From contig NC_087263.1 of NCBI RefSeq assembly GCF_037042905.1, positions 15,502,001 through 15,566,000 of the forward strand: a stretch of 64,000 bases of DNA, given 5' to 3'. The notes beneath the pieces were generated by a model. The model saw only the letters and a list, made by a program, of their open reading frames with translations. It ran no database searches and had not been told where the DNA came from. Position numbers and translations under genes: made by a program. Position 1 is the first letter of the stretch; every line of letters begins with the position of its first letter. Positions 26,401 to 41,400 of the stretch are shown here, in pieces. The stretch comes from Lytechinus pictus. Its lineage: Eukaryota.

Positions 26401-29400
26401 ACCCATTAGAGCGCCTTGTGGCGACGGAAGACACGTCCGTTGAAATTACTGGTTTGGAAGTGGGAGTTTTGTACAGTTTTGAAGTGCAGTCGTACAGTGG
26501 AGAGTTTGGTGACCGGACGTACTCCACCATTGAATCACAAGACATAAGCATAGGTAAGTATCTATCGGCTTAATCCTATTTTAGTGTTTGGGTTTTAACT
26601 CTTATTTGCATATATACATTATGCTAGTCTTCACCTTTAAAGGTGAAGATAATAACATAAAGTTGTTTATTTAAATACGTTAACACTTCATATTGACTGG
26701 ATATTATAATTGCACATGGAAACAAACACTCTTTATTATTAAGTTCTTTGTTTTATTAAGTAATGCATCTAAACATATATTGCCATTTTATCTGATTTTA
26801 TTTTGTATATTTGTAAACCCCGACTAGTGAGGAGAGCTTCATAACAGAAACTAGTTTTTCTTTTAGTCATCCTCAGGCACTAGTCGGTGGTAATTTATTC
26901 CTCTTGTATATATTCTTATTGTCTTTTGCCTGGAAATAAAATAAATAAAATAAAAGGTGTACTCCAGATTAAGAATAGTCTTGTAATGATAAAAAGAGTG
27001 AAATTAGCTATTCAAAATGATGAAAATTTCATCAAAATCTGATTACAAATACTACAGTTAAACAATATTTGTGAAAACAGTTAGGCACAAGAGATTTAAT
27101 CCTCCTTGCGTGCGAACGGGCTCTGAACGGGGATTCACGTTCAGAATCTTACTGAAATTGTGAGCGGAGAAGTCTATTGAATTTCATTGTCTTCTCGCAC
27201 AAAAGGAGTGTGCCACTGAACGGCAAAGCGAACGGTCGGATTATCAATGAATGAATACATGCGAACGTTCAGATTATCACAACGCTGGGCGCACACGCTG
27301 GACAATATTGTCGAGTAAGAAGGATTGACCAAACTTCGCGCTTTTTGAAATTAGACGAACATATACAACTTGTTATTCATATTTATATTGAAAGTTAATC
27401 AATTTGACATTCAGAATAGATTGTTGGCCTATCATTTCAATTAATTTCCCGAGTATGAAGGGATGTTGAAACTTTGAGTTTTTAATTTTTACGAATGGTA
27501 TTCTGGATTTTTTTCAGTAACATTCACAATTAAAAACTAGGGACAAATCGTTGGGCGATCATTTCAAAACATTCCTCGAGTCTAAACGTAGCGGTTTCTT
27601 TATTTTTTCGATCGTATTTTGGTATTTCTTCGGTTACATTCGCAATTAAAAACTCAGGACAGATCGTCGGGCGATAATTAATTTGCAAGACAGTTCCAAG
27701 TATTTAGTTCCGAAACCCGGGTCCGAAACGAATCGGGTTTTTTTCTTTTTATTCTTACAAACGCATTCAAATTTCTTGAGTAACATTCAAACTCAATCAA
27801 TGTAAAACGCAGGACAAATCGTTGGGCGATCGTTTCATAGCATTTCCCGAGTATGAATGGATGTTTAAACTTTTCATTTTCTTTCATCTATACGAACGTA
27901 TTCCGGCATTTTTCAGTAACATTCACAATTTGAAACTCTGGAATTTCCCCGAGTATGAAGGGCTGTCTTAACTTCAGTTTTTTGTATTTATGTTTCCGAA
28001 CGTATTCTGGTATGTTTCGGTTACATTCAAAAGAATGTGCGATCATTTTAAGACATTTCCCGAGTATGATAGGCTGTCTAAACTAAAGAGTTTTTTTAAG
28101 TTTCCGAACGTATTTTGTTATTTTTCAGTTAAAAGTTAATCCACATTACTTTTTTAATAGAACGTTTGACGCACATTTCTAAACATGTCCCGAGTATAAA
28201 GGGATGCCCAAACAGCATTTTCTTTTATGACGATCTTACTACGGTATTTATAAAGTTAAATTAAAAGTTAACATATTTGACATTAAAAATAGAACGTTTG
28301 ACGCACATTTCTTAACATTTCCCGAGTATAAAGGGATTCTAAACTTTGCGTTTTTTTATTTTTACGACCATATTCTGGTATTTCCCCAATTCTACATTCA
28401 CAGTCTATTATTCAGAACAGATCGTTGGGTGGTCATTTCCAAACATTCCCGGGTATAAAGGGATGTCCAAACTGCATTTTTTTGACAAACGTATTCTTGT
28501 ATTTATTTGATTAAATTAAAAGTTAATCAACCTGACATTTTGAATGGATCGTTTGATTCATATTTCTGAACATATCCCGAGTATAAAGGGATGCCCAAAC
28601 AGCATTTTTTTATGACGATCGTACTACGGTATTTATAAAGTTGAATTTAAAGTTAACATATTTGACATTAAAAATAGAACGTTTGACGCACATTTATGAA
28701 CATGTCCCAAGTATAAAGGGATTCTAAAGTTTGCGGTTTTTAATTTTTACGACCATATTCTGGTATTTCCCCAATTCTACATTCACAGTCTATTATTCAG
28801 AACAGATCGTTGGGTGGTCATTTCCAAACATTTCCCGGGTATAAAGGGATGTCCAAACTGCATTTTTTTGACGAACGTATTCTTGTATTTATTTGATTAA
28901 ATTAAAAGTTAATCAACCTGACATTTTGAATGGATCGTTTGATTCATATTTCTGAACATATCCCGAGTATAAAGGGATGCCCAAACAGCATTTTTTAATG
29001 ACGATCGTACTACGGTAATTATAAAGTTAAATTAAAAGTTAACATATTTGACATTAAAAATAGATCGTTTGATTCATATTTCTGAACATGTCCCGAGTAT
29101 GAAGGGATGCCCAAGCAGCATTTTATATTTTTTGACGAACGTATTCTTGTATTTATTTGATTAAATAAAAAGTTAATCAACCTGACATTTTGAATTGATC
29201 GTTTGATTCATATTTCTGAACATGTCCCGAGTATTTCCTGGTATATCCTCAGTTACATTAACAATTTAATGTCAAAAAAAGATTGTTAGGCGGTCATTTC
29301 TAAATCTTTCCGGAGTATAAATTCGTACCATGATACCGCATTCTTAGTACAGTAGTCCACTTTCAATCACTTAACATTTGTACAATTTATACTAATCTGC

Positions 29401-32400
29401 TTTTCCCCTCTCATAACTTTTTGGGTATATCTTCAAATCTCTCTTATACTTCAATCCATGATCGCATATTTTCACTTCACACTGTTAAAAATGAAGTGGT
29501 ACTTTACCACTTAAAGTGCTTGCATAGTAACTGCACTACAAGTACTGATTGTAGTGCAGTCACTATACAAGCACTGTAAGTGCTAAATTAGCACTTCATA
29601 TTTTTGTAGACCACTCTTCATCCTTTTGTCATAACTCTTGATTATCTAACTTCCATTTCCCTTTTATATTTCCAAATCACCACTCCCCCCTCACTCAGCT
29701 CTCTCTAAAACCCCCAAAGAAAAATCTGTAAAAAAAATGCTGTTATACAAATGAATCGTGTACGTTATCAAACTATTATTTATTCCAAGAATACATTCCA
29801 TGGTAAAATACATTTACATTCAACAAATATACGTAATAAATACAAACTTAACTCCACAGCAAGCAGAAGTGAAAAATTGATGAAATATGGCAAATGAAGA
29901 AATTTACTATTACAAACCAAAATAAACCTAAATGCTCATACACAACCATAAACGATAACATTGAGTCTAACAATGAGTCTATGCCACAAACGAATACTAA
30001 TGGCAGGTAACGAAACCAACGAAAACCATCTGTTAATGCACATGCATCGACCCAAAATTGATAAAGCATTGCCCAACGAAACAAAATAAAAAAAAAGATT
30101 TGGATTTTGAATAACATCAAAAATTAAACCAAAATAGACCTGTACGTTTGTTAAACTGAATGGTAAAATTTAAAACATTTCCATTTCAACATTCAAAACT
30201 GAAGGTAAATGAAGATAATTGTGGATTTTAAATAAAATTAAAGTTAAACCAAAAGAGATACATATTTTATTGAAGGGTAAATTTAAAACTTTCAGTTGCA
30301 ACATTCAAAACTGAATTAGATAATAAAGGCAAATGAAGATAATTGTGGATTTTAAATGAAATTAAAAGTTAAATCAAAAGAGATCCATATTTCATCGAAG
30401 GGTAAATTTAAAACTTTCAATTGTAACATTCAAAACTGAATTAAATAGGCAAAATAAGATAATTACAAATATTTTATCGAAGGGTAAATTTAAAACTTTC
30501 AATTGCAACATTCAAAACTGAATTAAATAAGGCAAAATAAGATAATTACAAATATTTTATCGAAGGGTAAATTTAAAACTTTCAATTGCAAACATTCAAA
30601 ACTGAATTAAATAAGGCAAATGAAGATAATTAAAAATATTATTGCACATGCATCAATAACGAATTCAGGCAAAATATTATCATATGAAAATTCCAATAGA
30701 AATGTCCACATAGCACACGTAAAGAGTTCTGACTTATCATCCTGTGCAACACCCCCCCCACCCTCTACCCCAGTTACCACCGATTTAATATGGTTGTGAA
30801 GGCAAAATCCTGTGATCGCAACCATCGAGCATCCTAACCCCCCCCCCGTATTATTACTTGTGAACGGAGAAGGAGAAGAGAGGGAACGAGGTGAAAATCA
30901 GGTTGAATTCAGGACATGGATGTTAATATGCTAGGCACTTGTTCAACATGCTATCCATCATTTAACTTATTTCACAACAATGACAATTTAACCATTGATT
31001 CGATTTACTGGATTGAATTTAAACATGTTATTTCTAAAAACGTATATGTAATTTTGATAACTTCCAGATGATAAGTTGGAAAAAGCTTCATAAAACTCAG
31101 ACTTCAGTTATTTCCCTTCCTGCTGATGTACTGGTATGGATAGCCCCCCCCCCCCGACCCTTCTCCCCATTGGTGTTTCATTTGTCTCTTTTTCCTCTTT
31201 TCTTTCATTTTTTTCCTTACTTTTTCTCCCCTTTCTCTTTTCCCGTTCTATTTTAACCCACCGGGAGGGCGATGGGGGCACCCTGCCCCCTTCGCCGCCT
31301 GTTACGCCACTGCTTGAATCAGTGCTTCCACTTTTCAAAACGGAACTTCCTGGAATTTTCAGAACGTTCTCCAGTCTTCCATAAGTTATAATTCTCTTCA
31401 ATACACAGTCAAAAATATGAAATATAGGGCTCAGTGCTGTAATGGAGCCCAAAATTATTGACATTCTGATTAAATAGATCTAATTTTGTTGATGGATTTT
31501 GACATAATATTCAGAACATAATATCATTCCCGAAAATGATAACTTCCTGGAATGATCCTGGAAAATAACAAAACTCCCGGAAATTTCCCGGATTCCAGGG
31601 AGGGTGGAAGCACTAGCTTGAATACGTTTTTAAAAGAAAGTCCAAAACGCTCAACCCTCACTCAAAATAACTGAAATCTTGTTTATAACTCGGGCGATAC
31701 CTGATTATCTTATATCAGGTTTTTCTTATTTTTCTTTCCACTTCTCCCTTTGGCTCTTCATTTTCCTTTTTTTTCCTCCCTTTCTTTCTCTCTTTTCTCA
31801 TTTCCCGTTTCATTTTAATCTACCAAGAGGGAGGGGGAGTGGAGCAGCCTGTCCCCCCCCCTTCGCCGCCAGTTACGCCATGGCATGAAGATGTTTTAAA
31901 AAGAGAGAGAGCCCTCTCATGAACCCTCACTAAAAATAACTGACATCTTGTTATAGCTTTAATAGAGCGTTTGTATTGTGTACACAAAGGCCGATCCGAA
32001 TTTGGCCTGGCAGTGACTTTGCCTAAGATCGATATACTGTACGTCATTGTTCGGACGGGCGAGCTCTTTTGCCCTGGATTCAGAGCTATTGTCTGTTGTT
32101 TATACATCACTCAATTAATTTAGGGCAATTTAGGTATAAGGGATGCTACTCGGGGAATGCCAACGTGTTAGGATTCTTACCACTCGTACCAATCAACTTT
32201 CAATTTCTTAACTTGCACCCTTTACAATGTCCTTGCTCGCACGACGATGTCATAATGAGGGGGGGGGGGTAAGTAAATATAACAATTGTTGAATTGGGGT
32301 TTGGCCACTCATGATGAGAGAATATAAAATCAAACATACTCAGACCAGTCAGCTTTCTCTCAACAAGAACATTTTTTTCCACTCGCATTTCCAAAAAAAG

Positions 32401-35400
32401 GCAGAGATTACTTGATATTTCGTTTAAACATTTATTAATCTGTTCATGACGACGGAAACAAGAATATTACACACTGAATGCACTAGTTGATGGATTGTTA
32501 TTCTAATTGAAATTTGAAAATAAAACCTTAATACAACGATACTGAATTCACTACTAATGTTTATTAAAGGATGGCTTGTGGGGAAAGTTGTTCACATGTG
32601 ACATCCCACATCTTTGTCGCATTGCCAATTAGAGGATCTAGATCGCAATAATGATCTAAACACCAAATGCTCACAATTTTCTTATTATCTATTAAATTTT
32701 TCTCACTTTTGTTGATTTTTTTTTTTTTTCACACAAGCTAACATTTATCAAAGGTTTCATTTTCGTTTAAGGTCAAGCTAAAATACACTTGGTTGGTTCA
32801 AAATTGAGATGTATACACAGAAAATTACAATGAGATGCACTGAAAATGTCAAAAACACACTTTATATTGCAGTGTTGATATTGAGATGTATAATTACAAA
32901 AATTAAAATACACCTGAATGCACTAATTGTAGTATGTTTCCAAATTTTTTGATAGATGAAATGAAAATAAAACACATTATGAAACAATTGACACTCGAAA
33001 ATACAACTGAACGCACTAATTGTAGCAAGTGCCCATATGTATATGTAGATGTATAACACGAAATAATAACAAAATGAAATGTGGCACTGTTTATAAAGCG
33101 AAAGGCCGCCGCTAAAATACATCTAAACGCACTTCATATTGTAGTAAGTATTAATATTGAAAAAAATGAAAATATGCCTGCCCTGAATGCACTAATTGTA
33201 CGTTTCCAAATTTTTTGATGGGTGGAATGAAAACAAAACACAATATGAAACAATTGACACTCGAAAATACAACTGAACTCACTAATTGTAGCAAGTGTCC
33301 AAATGTAGATGTATATCACGAAATTAACAAAACGAAATGTGGCACTGTTTATATAGCGAAAGGCCGCCGCTTAAAATACATCTAAACGCACTTCATATTG
33401 TAGTAAGTGTTAAAATTGGCCACAAAAAAAAATTATAGTAAGTGTCCAAACTTGGATGTATTGTAGTCCAAACATGAGAAATTCACAATTCATATCAATA
33501 TTTTCACTTTAATCAGTGAGCTTTCCGTCTGTGATCGTCAACATCCTTCTTGCTTGTGTACACGTATTTGCATCCTTCTTGTTGACAGCGACCCAGACCT
33601 TTATTGTGAAAAAGTTGCAGGTGCTCACATGGGAGGATGCTCTCTGAAGACAAAGCCTCGATGAATGTCTTGAAATGGCCAGGGTGCGATGTGCTGGGTG
33701 AAGGCGAAGGAAAATTCCTCAAGCAAGCTAGAAGTTCTGATGAAGCTCTTGGTGGATGAGATGAGCAATGGAAACATGAAGACAGAGTACATTTGCTGAA
33801 GATAATGGTGCCGATTCTGCGATCCATGTGCCTGTGTGTGAATTTGTACAGCTCATTAACAAGTGCATCCGTCCTTAAAGCACGAGTAGATCCACCAAGT
33901 ACCCTTTTGACTTCATCGTAGTTGGCGTAAGGCATTGGAGGGGAACCACTTCGTACACAGTTGATGTTCACCTTGTGTCCTGCAAAGCAGAGATCCCTCC
34001 AATAAATGTCTCTGATATGGTCCATAGCACGATCGAACACAATGTCTTCTTTGGCCTCCTTCTCGTCCTTAGCCAGTCCACTCTGCTGACATGGTGGCTT
34101 ACGTCCTCCCCAGGCAATGTCGAAGGCAGGTATACCGATGTCAGGACGTACAAGGTGCCCAAAGGTGCTCGATGATAACATTATCTTCCGAAGTACGTTT
34201 TAAAGGACATTTTTTTCAGGTAATATTCCATCATTTCATACCGTAATTTTATTGGGCCGGACCAGAAAAAAATGCGATATCTAGGACTACTCGTTCGTAT
34301 TTGAAAGATATAGATAACATAGGGAGCTAAAATCAATCCGAAGTATGTTTTTAACAATCTAGGACCTTTTAGAGGTTCATATTCCATCATTTCATGCAGT
34401 AATTTCATGTCGGGTCGGATAAAAAAGATATAGATAATAACGCAAGGTATCATTTCCGACTCGAAACTCTTCCGAAGTATTATGTTTTGAACAATCTAGG
34501 ACATTTTTTTTCCCGGTAATATTCCATCATTTCATACCGTAATATTATTGGGCCGGACCAAAAAAAAAAATGTGATATATAGGCCTACTCGTTCGTATTT
34601 GGAAGATATAGAAAACATCTTCCAAAGTATGTGTTTAACAATCTAGGACCTTTTTGAGGTTCATAATCATGGAGTGATGTCATGACGGGTAGGATAAAAA
34701 AGCGATACTCGTATAGATAATAACGCAAGGTTTCAATGCAATATTTTCCTGACTCGAATATGAGTCTGTGCGGATCGGAACTCTTCCGAAGTATATGTTT
34801 TTAACAATCTAGGACCTTTTAGAGGTCAATATTCCATCATTTCATGAGGTAATTTTATGTCGGGTCGGATAAAAAGGTAATACTCGTAAGTTGTTGAAAG
34901 ATATATTAATTACGCAAGGCAAATAATAACCAGATTCTTTCCGACTCGGCACACTTCCGAAGTATTATGTTTTAAACAATCAAGGACATTTCTCAGGTAA
35001 TATTCCATAAATCATGTACCGTAATGGTCGGAAAAAACAATCAAGAGATACTCGTATGTTGCATGGACCCTATAGATAATAATTACGCAAGGTTTTCTTT
35101 ACGGGTAGGAACTCTTTCGAAGTATGTTTCTACCTTTTTGAGGTCAATATTCCAGAATTTGAAACCATAAGGCGATATTGGGTCGGATAAAAAAAAGTCG
35201 ATATTCGTTCGTTGTTGGAAGGTAGATTTGATTCCCTCCGCCTCGAACCTCGTCAGAAGTTATGAGAAAAAGAGAGAGAGAGAGAATGGCTGCAGGGAAG
35301 AGAAAGATGGAAAGAAAGAAGGGAAAGAAGGAAGGATAGAAAAAAGAAAGAACAAAAAAAAATGAGAGAAATAAAAACTCAGGGGAAGAGAAAGAAAGGA

Positions 35401-38400
35401 GAGAAGGAAAGAAAGGAACGAATGAAGAAAGAAAAAAAGAAAAACAGGTAAAAGGAAAGAAAAGAGAAAAAGAAAAGGTAAAGGATGGAGGGAAGGAAGG
35501 AAGAAAGGGAAAGAAAGAAAACGAAAGGAAAGAAGAAAGAAAAGGATAGATGGAAGCAAGGAAAAAAAGAAAGAAAAGAAAGATAGAAAGAAACAAAGGA
35601 ATGAATGAAGGAAGGCAGAAAGAAAAAATAAGAAAAGGTAAAGAAGGAATGGACGGAAGGAAGACAGAAAGAATGAAAGGAGGGGGAAAAGAAGGAAGGA
35701 TTAAAGAAAGAGGTAAACAAAGGTTGGATAGAAGGAAGAAAAAATATAGAAAGAAAAGAATGACAGAAAGAAAGACAGCTATAAACAGAAAAAATGAATG
35801 AAAGAAGGAAATTTAAAGAAATAAAGATATATTCAAAAGAAGGAAAGATAGGCAGAAAGAAAGAAAACAGTGAGGAAAAAAACTCAAACTCATATCCAGT
35901 CATAAATAAAGAAGAAAATATATCATTTTCCTTGGCTAAAAAAAATAGTTACGAAAGAAACCACGTTTATCAACATACTCACAAATGCCCATGTTGGACT
36001 GTCAAACAATGCATTTCAGTGTGTGTGATACAGACGATCATTCGAAACCCGATCTTTTTCAAGCATAAGAGAAGTGAAAATTTCTCCTTTTACCTCTTAC
36101 AAATGACAGAGCTACCCAATTTTTTTAAAGTATGGACATTACAAGAGTTTTCATTGGTAAGAAATGTGAATTTTGACAGTTCTTTGGGAGATTTCTTCCA
36201 GATCAAACTTCGTAGAAACCATGGGCTGCGAGTACTAGGCGCTAGCTCGCTATACTGCCATAGATTCTCTGTGTGTGTGTGCTGTCTGAGCTGTGTGTTA
36301 ATTGCAGAAAATGGCGCAAATTTTGCAATTCGAATCATGACTTATAAACTTTTTTAAAAGAAGAAATTAATGATATGATTTTTTTTCTCTTTTTCTTTTC
36401 TATAATTTTGATGGTGAAATATGGGGAATATTCTATATGAGAATTTTGCTTGCCCGATTCGGGCAATTAGTTTTTGTCTTTGCTTCAAAACAATCGGGCA
36501 AGCGCTTTATAATATGTCGCACCCTGTATAATAATGTTTAACCTTTTGAGGGCAGTACTCCATAATTCTACACCCTCACAAAATCCCTTTATGTTCGCAA
36601 TCTATTTTCAAATTCATGGGTACGACGCGGAGTTGGATGAAATTGCCGTCATACCCCCAAGACACTCGCACATCGGCGCTCATAGAAGGCCTTTCATGCA
36701 ACGGCATATTGCAATTTTCGCCACCTTCGTCGCTTGGGTAAAATCCTAGATCCGGCTTTAGCTCTGCTTAGAGGATTCTGAACGCATCCGGTTCGATCCC
36801 GTTCTGAACGCAGTACTTAAGTGCTCTTCTATTGACTCCTTTGTTAATAGTAATCCTTGCGTTCGGGTGTATGCATAGGGCGCTACGAACGCATTCATAG
36901 CAAGACAATAGAGCATTCCGAACGCGCACGAACGAACGTGATATTAAATCTCTTGTGCCTTAGCAAGGGTTACTTCACTAAGTTCAGTAATAACCTGAAA
37001 TCAGAAGGAGTGAAAAACAAATAGGCACATCAATTGTTCCAAATAATAGCTTGAATCACACATTTTACAGCCTTACATGTAGGTAATAATAATAATAATA
37101 ATTTTTTTTCGGGAATCATCAAATAGGTTGCCCTTAAAAGAACCATATTGTCCTCGTCAAAGACTAGGGCCAGTATGATTCTGTTGCTGGCGACATATCG
37201 GAAAGGCCACTCAATATTATATAAATATACCTTCTGGACAATTTATAATATGAATGTGTGGCAATGCTATATTGGTTTTGACAATAGGGAATCTTGTTTG
37301 AAATTTGGATTCACATAATTGGGTAGATATTAACAATTAGAAAATCATTGTGCTAGAAGTACATGTAAAAGGGCAGTATTGCTGATCAATATCATAAATA
37401 TTTTTTTTGTTTTATCGGGGATCGAGCGTAAGGTATCGTTCTTTGCAGTCATCTTGCCAAACAACAACAAGTGCATCATTTAATTACGAATGTATTATTT
37501 CTTACTGTTTGATGTTTTAATATGAATATAAAATGAAAGCAAACAGTTTATGAGTAAACGAATTGAAATAAAAGATAAATAATGATGGAGGTACGAAACA
37601 TCCCTGGGGAACACCCCAAATTCAAATAGTTACTTAATTGTGATGATTGTCTCTCTGCAGTTCCTCATACTCCAGGTGCCATTCAAATCGAGGACACCAC
37701 GCAGACTAGCATAAAAAAAAAATAATTTCCAAGTCAGCATTGCTGCTACACTGTATATTCAATCATGCAATGCAGTTGAGAGTGCCAGAGGCAGTCTACT
37801 TGTTTCTTCTATTTCTTGCTGTAATGTAATTTCTTTTGCACAGTTCAGGAAACTTTCTTTCTCAAATTCCTCAATGAGTCACCAGGGATGTTTGTAATGA
37901 TATAAAGTGAACGCAGTTGTTTGGACATAAAAATAAAACAAATCATGCACTATCGCCTTTGATGATGTCACTCATCCTCCACACATTGTATGAAGTCATT
38001 TATTCTACCTAGAATAGGACAATATTCTTTCTTTGACCATCGATTTCCAATCAATGGTAAATTGGAATGATTGATTCATAATTTGTCTTTCATTCTGCCG
38101 TTAAAGATTGCAAATTTGTGAACTGCATCACTACTCTCTCTCTCTCTCTTGCAGCCCCACTCACACCGACCGTCAAGATTTCCATCGTCTCTCCAACCAC
38201 CATCCTAATACGGATCACCCCAGCCACTGCTGGCGTGTTAGACTACTACCGGGTCGACGTGGCAGCCAGGCAATCTGCCCTTGGGGTCGGCCCTGACGGC
38301 ATGGCAAGCTTTGAAATCCCAAGGGAGGCCTGCCCAGAGGTGTTTGTCACTGACTTGGTCCCCAGTGGAACGTACGATGTCGAGGTCGCCGCCGTTGCCG

Positions 38401-41400
38401 GGGAAACCGAGAGCAATGTTGTAACCCAGGATTTCTCTTTAGGTAAATATGAAACACTCAAGCAAATTCATGTATCTGTCTATTGCCCTTCCAGTGGTTT
38501 CAGGTTCGATGTTGATGCTGTTGTTGATATTCGATCGAGGCACAGTTCTGGGAAGTGTTAAACGTAGGTGGTGATTTTCACCAACAACTGTTATTAAATT
38601 CTGAAGTCCTTGCACTCTGAAGTCTCTGATAGGCTTAGAACAAAGTAATTGGTGAAAACTTGACATGATATTTTACACCAAGTCAACATTGGGGAATTTT
38701 TTAGGAAGCCAGTGAGGAATTTATCAGAGTTTGGCACACCGTGCAGTACTGCTATTAACCCTACTTTGCAACTTTGAATTCCTACGAAGAGCTCCCCCCC
38801 CCCCCCTCTCCAAGATCTCTGCCATGGATCGGGCGATTGTTACGATAATTTGCACGAAAGTAGAGAATGGCGTAATGTACGTGGTTGTATAAGTGAATTA
38901 CATTAAATATGTATATTTTATTTCATATGAATCAATTATGCTAATTCATTCATGAAATTATATTTTTTCCTTTAATTTTCTAAACAAAGGTCGTAGAAGG
39001 CTAATCTTTGGTGAAAAGAAAATTCTAGTACCAAACTTGATTTATTTATAATCATTTTTAAATTTCTTACATATTTTTTTTTAGAAATTTTTTTTTTTCA
39101 AAAAAATTTGTCTTTGACATTATTTCAACCATAAATAGCATCAAATTAAATGACTTGTCAGTGAGAGTAAAAATAATCACTCACATATAAATCTTAGCTG
39201 AAAGCACTTGTTGACTTTGTAAATGAAATCACGTTTTTGAGCATGTTTTCAGTCTGATATGTTGCATAATTTCTAAACTTCTTACCTGAGCGTCAAAATT
39301 TGGTCTCATAAGTTGTGCAAGACTTGACAGTAAAAGTTCAGTTGACGGCACGGTAGAAACATTTTGCGCTGCAGATATGTTGTGAATACTGTCAAGGGGG
39401 CTTAAAAGGTGAGGGTGAAGGTCCATATACATGTAGATTATAACTCAGAGATGCTAGTATTTGCCCGATTTTCAGGTCCCGACAGCATCCTATTTCAGAC
39501 CTTTCAGAGTGTGTATTGTACAGTACATATTGTGCTGGCTCCTTTTCAGTCCCAGGAAATAAAACTGGGCCCTGTTGCATAAAAGTTACTATTATCATGG
39601 TGACTTTGCCATCCAATGGGAACTTCCCTGAAATGCTTGATTCTGATTGGCTGATTAGCTTTGTTACCATGGTAGTTACCATTGGATGACAAAGCTACTA
39701 TAATTCTTATAGTAACTTTTATGCAACGAGGTCATGGGCCCCAGTGACACAAGGTTAGCGATTGATTGCTAATTTGAAGGAAGAAAGCTGAATGGTTCCT
39801 GGTCAGTCTGTTGAGCAATATGCGCATGCAACGATGATATTGATTGGTCATTTCATTTAGCGATTAATAGCTAACCTTTGTGTTGTGGGGCCCTGATTGA
39901 GTTCTCAGGTGATAACTTGCATTAGCCTTTGGTAACAATTGCTGTTTTATACTTGATAAATTTCAGAGCCAATGATGCCTGGCCAGTTATATGTGAACGA
40001 CCGAAGCCCCACATCCTTGGAAGTAGTCTGGGGTGCAGTCACCGATCAGACCTTCAACAACTATCTTCTCTTCCTGACCCTTGGGAGTGTCCAGGTCAGA
40101 GCCGAGGAATATCCCAGCAATGCAGAACGTAGAGTGTCCTTCGATGGCCTCATCGCTGGCACATCATACAATGTAGAACTTTTCGCCGAAGGAGAAGAAG
40201 TGACATCCCTCAGCTCTCTAGACACGTCTACAGGTTTGTTGTTGTTTCATGGTGCTCTCTTTCAAAGAAGAACTGGGGCCCGTCTTACAAAGAATTGCGA
40301 TTGATCCGATCAATCTAATGTAGGATGGGGGGTCGGGTGTCCGGACACTTTATCTTTTTGAAGCCTTCTTTTTTGTCTTTGGATTACACTAAAAATATGA
40401 ATTCAATACTTGTAATCATCTTCTGTTTTGTTCTTTATAATATTTCCTAACGTTTTGTACTAAAAATTGATGAAACTTCGCTTGTAATTTTTTCCAAATG
40501 ACTTTCTAAAATTGATCGTCCGGACACACAACCTGTCCGGACACACAACAACTGGGTATATATGGAAATTCATCAATGTCATAATTTTTTTCTACCGGAA
40601 ATTTGCAAAATGTCCTTTGTAAATAAACGAGAACACACCAAATTGGATATACATTCATATCTGGAATTTTTTTGAGCAAACGTGCATTTTATATGTTGAC
40701 TTTGCTGACTTTCCATAGTTGCGATTGATTGGATCAATCGTAACTCTTTGTAAGACGGGGCCCTGGGCTCCGTCTGATAAAGAGTTACGATTAATCTGAT
40801 CAATCTCATGTATATGGAAATCCATTAATGTCATAATTTTTTTTTCTTTTAGACATTTGCTCAATGTCCTTTGAAAACAAAGAGAAGCATACTGAATTGT
40901 CAAGAAAACGGTGAATGTACATGTATGAATATACATCATTTCTAGAAAATATTTTGAACAAACATGTATTTTGGATGTTGACGTTACTGGCTTTCCATAG
41001 TTGCGATTGATCGGATCAAGTGCAACTCTTTGTAAGACGGGGCCCAGATCTGCCATTCAAACATAATTATTTGTTCCATTGTTGCATTATTTTTTTTTGT
41101 AGATGATACCTTATATACAAGTTCACAAGAGACATACTGTGAGGCCCTTAATTTGAATTATTGATATTTTCTCACACTTGCATGTACAGCATTTCTGCAA
41201 CAAATTTTCTCAGGAAATTATCATAAGCTGCTAGAAATTCCTGGGGCCCGTTGCAGAAAGAGTTGCAATCAATCGTAACTCTAAAAATCTTGCGTATCTT
41301 GATTCTCAACCAATCAACAGCACGCATTTGGGACTTGCGATTGATTTTTTTTACTTGCGTTTAAACGCAACTCTTTCTGCAACAGGCCCCAGATAGGCTG

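Larger units (their letters stand above)
27084..36959 (-). mobile_element. 9.9-kb DNA transposon derivative, probably Zator-like (IS630/Tc1 supergroup)
   Basis: Perfect 17-bp TIR GGCACAAGAGATTTAAT at both ends; TTA at 27081-27083 and 36960-36962; transposase-like remnant inside. Confidence 0.8.

Noticed and set aside
35144..36357. Long F/S/L-rich and K/R/E-rich ORFs
   Set aside because: Products of a purine-rich low-complexity tract.
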